Assembly: GCF_009914755.1 (NCBI RefSeq)
Contig: NC_060929.1
Direction: 5' to 3' (one strand)
Origin: the human T2T-CHM13v2.0 reference genome, Homo sapiens
Length of the DNA: 64,000 nt
Shown here: piece by piece, positions 57,530 through 64,000 of the stretch
Position numbering within the stretch: position 1 is the first letter of the stretch
Layout of the letters: every line of letters starts with the position of its first letter
Notes under the pieces: generated by a model
The model's database searches: none
What the model was told of the DNA's origin: nothing
Seen by the model: only the letters and a program-made list of their open reading frames with translations
Translations under genes and position numbers: made by a program

Positions 57530-59130
57530 CTATATAAATTATGAATGCCCTGCAGTCCCAAATCACCAAGAACACACCGAATCAGAACAAAGTTGGGTTT
57601 ATTGACTTGTTGCAATGAAGGAGACTGCACACAATAGGAAACAGAGGTCACTTTAGTAACAGGGTCTTGCAGAGGAGTTATAGGATTTGGTCTTCTGTTA
57701 GGTGGTTTTAACAGAGGTTCAAGAAGTAGAGGTTAGCTCTGGATTGGATGCTTTCAGAAAATTGGGTAATTCTATATTATTTTAATGAATTTCATTTAAG
57801 AAGTGGGAAAAACACTGAAATTAAATCTATAATTGGTAAATAAGCAGCATTCACTCATACTAGCAAGGAAAAAGAGCTCTTTTGTCTTTTTCTTTTTTTT
57901 TTTTAGACATTGTCTCCTCAGGCATGAAGTCTGGCTCCAACCGGGTTATAAGGTTATTTTCTGGTCTTGGTGTTATATGAAATTATTTGCATTCAATAGG
58001 AGAAGATTATGGCCAACCTGTGAGTGTCAGAACAGTTCCACGTTGTTGGGCTGATTCTCTTCTCAAAATATTGTTCATTGCAGAGCCATATTACTTACTG
58101 AAACCTCTAAGTATAGTCTGGGATTGCTTATGGATCTAAGTAATCTTAGAGCTGAGATTACTTAATTTCTACTATTATTTTCTTGATAATGTATCCCTAA
58201 GTTTAATCTTGTTATTTCCATCTGAGATTTGTGCTTGTCTGTTATTAAATATTCTTAATAAAAATTTAAAAAACAAACAAAAAAGATATTGAATATTCTT
58301 ATTTTTCTGTTTCTTATATTTCTCTTTTATTTTACATTTTTAGCTTTTCTTCTATGTCCTGATGTCTCTCACTTTATGTTTTAGTGATAGGGACTATCTT
58401 TCCTGCTCTTTGGATCCAATGTTGCACTTCCTGTACCATTGAAAACAGTTATGTTCCTAAAATCAAGACCAAATAGAGTCATCATTTTAGACTCCATTAG
58501 TTGGCTTTACCATATTTTCAAAATCTCAATCAATAATTCACTTTACCATCTTTTCTAACCTGAAGCCCTCTAGCTTTCTGCTTCCATCTGGACTAAATGA
58601 TCTTTAGGTCTGTACAAAACTGTCATCTTGTCTTCATACCTCTCTTGGTTGAGTGCATTATTTAACAGATCACTTGTCTCCCTTTTTATTCCCTCTCTTT
58701 GCTACAATATATCCTGAAATGTCTTCCTAAAGGAGAGTTCACAAAAAAGCCAATTTCTGTGTCTCTGCCTAAAATGCATTTAGTTTTCCTTCATATTTAA
58801 TTGATGATTTGGCCAGACACAGAATTATTGCTTGGAAATTTAAAATCATTAATGTGTTGATTATTGATTCATAATTTTTGATAAAAATTTTATGCCAGTG
58901 TGATTGTTGATTTTTTTATACCCCCATCTCTCTCTCTCTCTCCATATTTCTGTAGAGAAAGGAATCTTCTGTGTCTCCTTCCCTCAGAATTTTCTCTCTT
59001 CTTTTTAGATGTCTTGAATTTCATAATAGTATTATAATTTTTTCATTCCTTTGACTGAACACTCAATGTACTTATGATTCTAACAATTTATACCTTTTTA
59101 TCTCTGGGATTACTTCATTTCTATTATTAT

Positions 59131-59425
59131 TATTATTTTGAGACAAATCTTGCTCTGTTGCCCATGCTGGAGTGCAGTGGTGCAATCTGCAGTCTCGGCT
59201 CACTACAACCTCTGCCTCCCAGGCTCAAATGATTTTCCTGACTCAGCCTTCTGAGCAGCTGGGACTATAGGCACACACCACCACATCCAGCTAATTTTTT
59301 TTTAAAATAGAGTTGGGGTTTCACCATATTGGCTAGGCTGGTCTCAAACTCCTGGCCTCAAGTGATCCACCTGCATCAGCCTCCCAAAGTGCTGGGATTA
59401 CAGGTGTGAGCCACTGTGCCTGGCC
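59131..59425 (-). mobile_element. Alu with TSD
   Basis: TSD CATTTCTA(T/C)TATTAT at 59116-59130 and 59426-59440. Confidence 0.92.
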
Positions 59426-59842
59426 CATTTCTACTATTATTTTCTTAATAGTTGTATCCCTAAGTTTAATCTTGTTATTTCCTTCTGAAACTTGTGCTTG
59501 TCAGATATTGAATATTCTTAATTATTTCTGTTTCTTATATTCTTTTTTATTTTACATCTTTAGCTTTTCTTCTATGTTCTGAAGTCTCTCACTTTATTTT
59601 TGAGCATTTCTAATGAATTTTTAGTCTTAGTGGCATATTCAAGTTTCTACGAACTTTATTATTAAACATTATTATATATTATGTACTATTATTACTACTA
59701 CATACTTTCAGTGTACTTGGCTATTTTCTAAATACTTTATACATACTCATTTAATCGTCAAAATAATGGTACAATTAGTGTCTATATTTTCAGGGTGAAC
59801 AAACTGGAGCACACAGAGGTAAAGCAATTTGCCCAAGGTCAC

Positions 59843-60212
59843 TGTCCTAATCAGTTTGGGCTGCTGTAGCAAATACTATAGATTGAGTGGCTTATAAATA
59901 GCAGAAAGTAATTTCTTACAGTGTTAGGGCTGGAAGTCTAAAATCAGGGTGCTAGCATGGTTGAGTTCTGGTGAGGGCCCTCTTCCAGGTTTCAGAGTGC
60001 AGACTTCTCCTTGTATCCTCACATGGCAGAAAAAAAGGCAAGAGAATTCTCTGGAATCACTTTTACAAATGCACTAATCTCATTCAGGGCTGCTTCTTCT
60101 CTGGAATCACTTTTATAAATGCACTAATCTCATTCAGGGCTGCTTCTTCGTGACCTAATTGCCACTCAAAGCCCTACTTCCTACCATCACGTTGGGGGTT
60201 AGGATTTCAACA
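59843..60212 (-). mobile_element. MaLR LTR (MLT1/MST-like) nested in a MIR
   Basis: TG...CA termini; 5-bp direct repeat GTCAC at 59838-59842 and 60213-60217. MIR core (TTGCCCAAGGTCAC|CTAGCTAATAAG..GAATTTGAATCCAGGCAG) is split around it. Confidence 0.8.
60047..60149. repeat. 50-bp tandem duplication
   Basis: TTCTCTGGAATCACTTTTA(C/T)AAATGCACTAATCTCATTCAGGGCTGCTTC x2, one mismatch. Confidence 0.95.
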
Positions 60213-60297
60213 GTCACCTAGCTAATAAGAGGCAGAAGTAGAATTTGAATCCAGGCAGCCTGACTCCAGAGAAATTGCTTCATTTTTATGAAAGAAC

Positions 60298-60422
60298 TTT
60301 TTTTTTTTTTTTTTAGCGACAAGGTCTTGCTATGTTACCCAGGCTGGTTTTCAACTTCTCAGCTCAAGTGATCCTCTTGCCTTGGCCTCTTGAGTAGCAG
60401 GCAGATGCTACCATGCCCAGCT
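60298..60422 (-). mobile_element. Alu monomer (FLAM-like)
   Basis: Poly-T plus a single degenerate Alu arm. Confidence 0.7.
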
Positions 60423-61267
60423 CAGAAATTGCTGTTTGTTTGTTTTTACTTTTTTCTATTTTAAAATCTATCAAAATTCAAAAGAGTGTATACAACATAT
60501 ATGTACAATAATAATAATAAACAATAATAACATGGTCACTCATCTACCCATTACCCAGCTTAAGAATTAGAATGATGCCAAGATGTTATGCCTCCACCAT
60601 AACATCTTTCAACCCTATGAAAAAGAACCAGTTTTCTGAATTTTTACTTAATTGTTTGTTCTTCTTTATATTTGCAATAGAAAAGCATGTATTCCTAAAT
60701 GACTTACCATTTAGTTGTATCTGTCTTTGCAATTGATACAAATGAATTTATATAGTATGGATCCTCTGTGAACTTGCTCTTTTTAATCATTATGGTATTG
60801 AATTTATCCATGTTAATTCAGTTTATTCACTTAACTGTTCTATAGTATTCCATTATATAAATGGAATACTATGAACTTTAAATTCTTTTTACTAATGATT
60901 TACTTTTTGGTTGTTCTAAGAGTTTTGTTACTATAAACAATGCTGCTATAAGCATTCTTGAATATATTGCCTCATACATTTGGGCAAGGGTTCCTTTTGG
61001 GTACAGGCACATCCAGGAAGGGACTATCTGGGTCATACCAAGAATCAGGAAAATATTAAAGTGAATGAAAATGACAACAAGGAGATGCTGACACCAAGAT
61101 GACAGATGTTAGAATTATCTGACAAATTTTAAAAACAGAGCTCATCAAAATGTTTAAATGAGCAATTATGAACATATTTGAAACAAATGAAAAACAGTCT
61201 CAGCAAAGAAATGAAAGATATAAAGAAATGCCTATGGAAATTTTAGAAATTAAAGTTATAATAATGG

Positions 61268-61573
61268 GGCCGGGTGCAGTGGTTCACACCTGTGATCCCA
61301 GCACTTTGAGAGGCCGAGACTGGTGGATCACCTGAGGTCAGGAATTCGAGACCAGCCTGGCCAACATGGTGAAACCCCGTCTCTACTAAAAGTACAAAAT
61401 TAGCCAGGTGTGGTGGTGCATGCCTGTTATCCCAACTACTTGGGAGGCTAAGGCAGGAGAATCACTTGAACCCAGGAAGCGGGGAGGTTGCAGTGAGCCA
61501 AGATTGCCTCGCTGCTCTCTAGCCTGGGTGACAGAGCAAGACTGTCTCAAAAAAAAAAAAAAAGAAAGAAAAA
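61268..61573 (+). mobile_element. Alu (AluS)
   Basis: Full dimer with A tail. Confidence 0.93.
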
Positions 61574-62905
61574 CCCAGATATAATAATTGAAATAAAAAC
61601 TCAAGATATGGGCTCCACAGCAGAATGGAGGGAACAAAGAATCAATGAACCAGAAGATGGAACAATAGAAATTACCCATTCTGAACAGGACAGAGAAAAT
61701 AGAGCATAAAAAATGAACAGAGGCTCAGGAACCTGTGGGGGCATACCAAAAGAACTAACCTTTGTGTCACTGGAGTCCCAGAAGGAGGCCAGAAGGAGGG
61801 TGGAGCTAAAAAAAGTACTCAAAGAAATAATGGCTGGAAACTAAGCAAATTGGCAAAAGGCATAAACCAGAGATTCAAGAAGCTGAACAAATCCCAAACA
61901 GGATAAACCCAAAGGAATCCACACCGAGGCATCATAGTGAAATTTCTGCAAACTAAGGACAAAACATCTTTAAAGCAGTGAAGGAGAAATGACACCTTAC
62001 CTACAGGGCAGTAACAATTTGAATGAGAGTAGATTCCTCATCAGAAACCATGGAGGACAGAAGGAAGTTGCACAATATTTTTCAAGTGCTGAAAGAAAAC
62101 AACTGTCATCCCCAAATCCTATATCCAGTGGAACTATCCTTCAGGGAAAGAATTTGTTGCCAGTATACCTACCTTAAAATATTTGCTAATGCAAGTTCTC
62201 CAAACAGAAAGGAAACAATTTAAAAAGCAATCTTGGAATATCAAGAAGGAAGAAACAACACAAGAAACAAAAATATGAGTAAATACAATAGACTTTTCTT
62301 TTTCTCTTGAGGTTCCTAAATTATGTTTGGTGGTTGAATCCAAAATTATAACACTTTCTAAATGTGGTCCTAAGTGTATGTACAGGAAATATTTTAAACA
62401 TATTATAAATGAAGGAGGGTAAAAGGACACACAGGGAGGTACATTTTCTATGCTTCATTTGAACTGGTAAAAATATCAGTTAGTGATATCAATCAGTAAA
62501 CTGATAAGTTGCGTATATATAGTATAATACCTAGAGTAATCAGTAAAAAGCTATAAAAAGTGATACACTCAAAAAAACAACCCACTACAGCTAAATCAAA
62601 ACAGAATTCTAAAAAAATGTTCCAATAACCCACAGGAAGTTAGAAAAATGAAAACAGAGAGACAAACAAAAAAACAGAGAAAACAAACAGGAAACAAAAA
62701 ATGGCAGAGTTAATCTCTACTAATCAATAATTATGTTAATGTAAATGGTTTGAGCACATCAATTAAAACAAACATTGGGAGAATGGGTTTAAAAAATCAT
62801 GACCCAACTATATGTCTCAAAATTAATTTCAAATATAATGATATATGCAGTTTGAAAGTAAAAAGACAAAAATGCATACAATTATTAATGTAAAAATAAA
62901 GCAGG

Positions 62906-63245
<340 letters not shown>

Positions 63246-63575
63246 AATAAAGCAGGAGTAGCCATAATGTCATATAAAGTAGACATGAGAGCAAAGAAAA
63301 GCATCAGAGACAGCATGGGACATATCAGAGACATAGTGGGATATTATATAGTGATAAAAGAAGAAAACATAGCAATCCCAAATGTATATATACAAAACTG
63401 CAAAATGTATGAAGCAAAAACTGACAGAAGGAGAAATAGAGAAATCCACAATTAATTACAATTGGAGACTTCAATGACCTTCAACAACTGATAGACCAAC
63501 AAGACAGAAAATCAGCAGAGATATAGAAGAACTCAATAACACCATCAACTAACAGCATCTGATTAATATTTATAA

Positions 63576-63699
63576 AACACTCCAATACCAGAATACACCA
63601 GAACACTCCAATACCAGAATACACCAGAATAAAAAATACTAGAATACACCAGAATAAAAAATACTAGAATACACCAGAATAAACAATACCAGAATACAC
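63576..63699. repeat. 25-26-bp minisatellite, about 5 units
   Basis: AACACTCCAATACCAGAATACACCAG x2, AATAAAAAATACTAGAATACACCAG x2, plus a partial fifth unit. Confidence 0.93.
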
Positions 63700-64000
63700 A
63701 TTATTTTCAAATGCTCACAGAACCTGTATAAGATAACCACAACCTCAGCCGTAAAACTGACCTCAACCAAATTAATAGTGAAATCGTACAGAGTGGGTTC
63801 TCTACGCACAATGAAATTAAACTAAAAATGAATAATGGAAAGATAAGAGGAAAACCTTCAAGTGCACGGATATGTAGCAACATACTTCTAAATAATCTAT
63901 GAATCAAAAAGAATATCTCAAGGGAAATTTAAAAATACATTGACCTGAATTGAAAGTGAAAATACAACACATCAAATTTTGTGAGACATAGCTAACACAG

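Noticed and set aside
57530-58050. Possible LTR-like segment
   Set aside because: Composition is suggestive, but I could not assign termini, TSD or family with confidence.

Overview
Human-type genomic DNA (Alu/L1-rich, with a human-specific AluYa5) from the clustered protocadherin-beta (PCDHB) locus. Four intact single-exon genes lie in tandem on the + strand; I recognise them from their protein sequences as PCDHB2, PCDHB3, PCDHB4 and PCDHB5. Each has a conserved CSE/CTCF-type promoter motif about 235-265 bp upstream of the ATG and a CpG-rich, near-identical 3' half. Manual translation across frameshifts shows three further, heavily decayed PCDHB gene relics that the ORF track does not show as genes (about 2.15-3.36 kb, 4.7-6.65 kb and 22.7-27.1 kb). 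The first keeps an almost intact orphan CSE and a CpG-containing promoter region; the second keeps a half-CSE. The rest is mostly Alu, L1, L2/MIR, MaLR and MADE1 repeats, with several nested insertions, fold-back inversions and empty/filled site pairs. Gene names come from recall and alignments are by eye; nothing was computed or searched.
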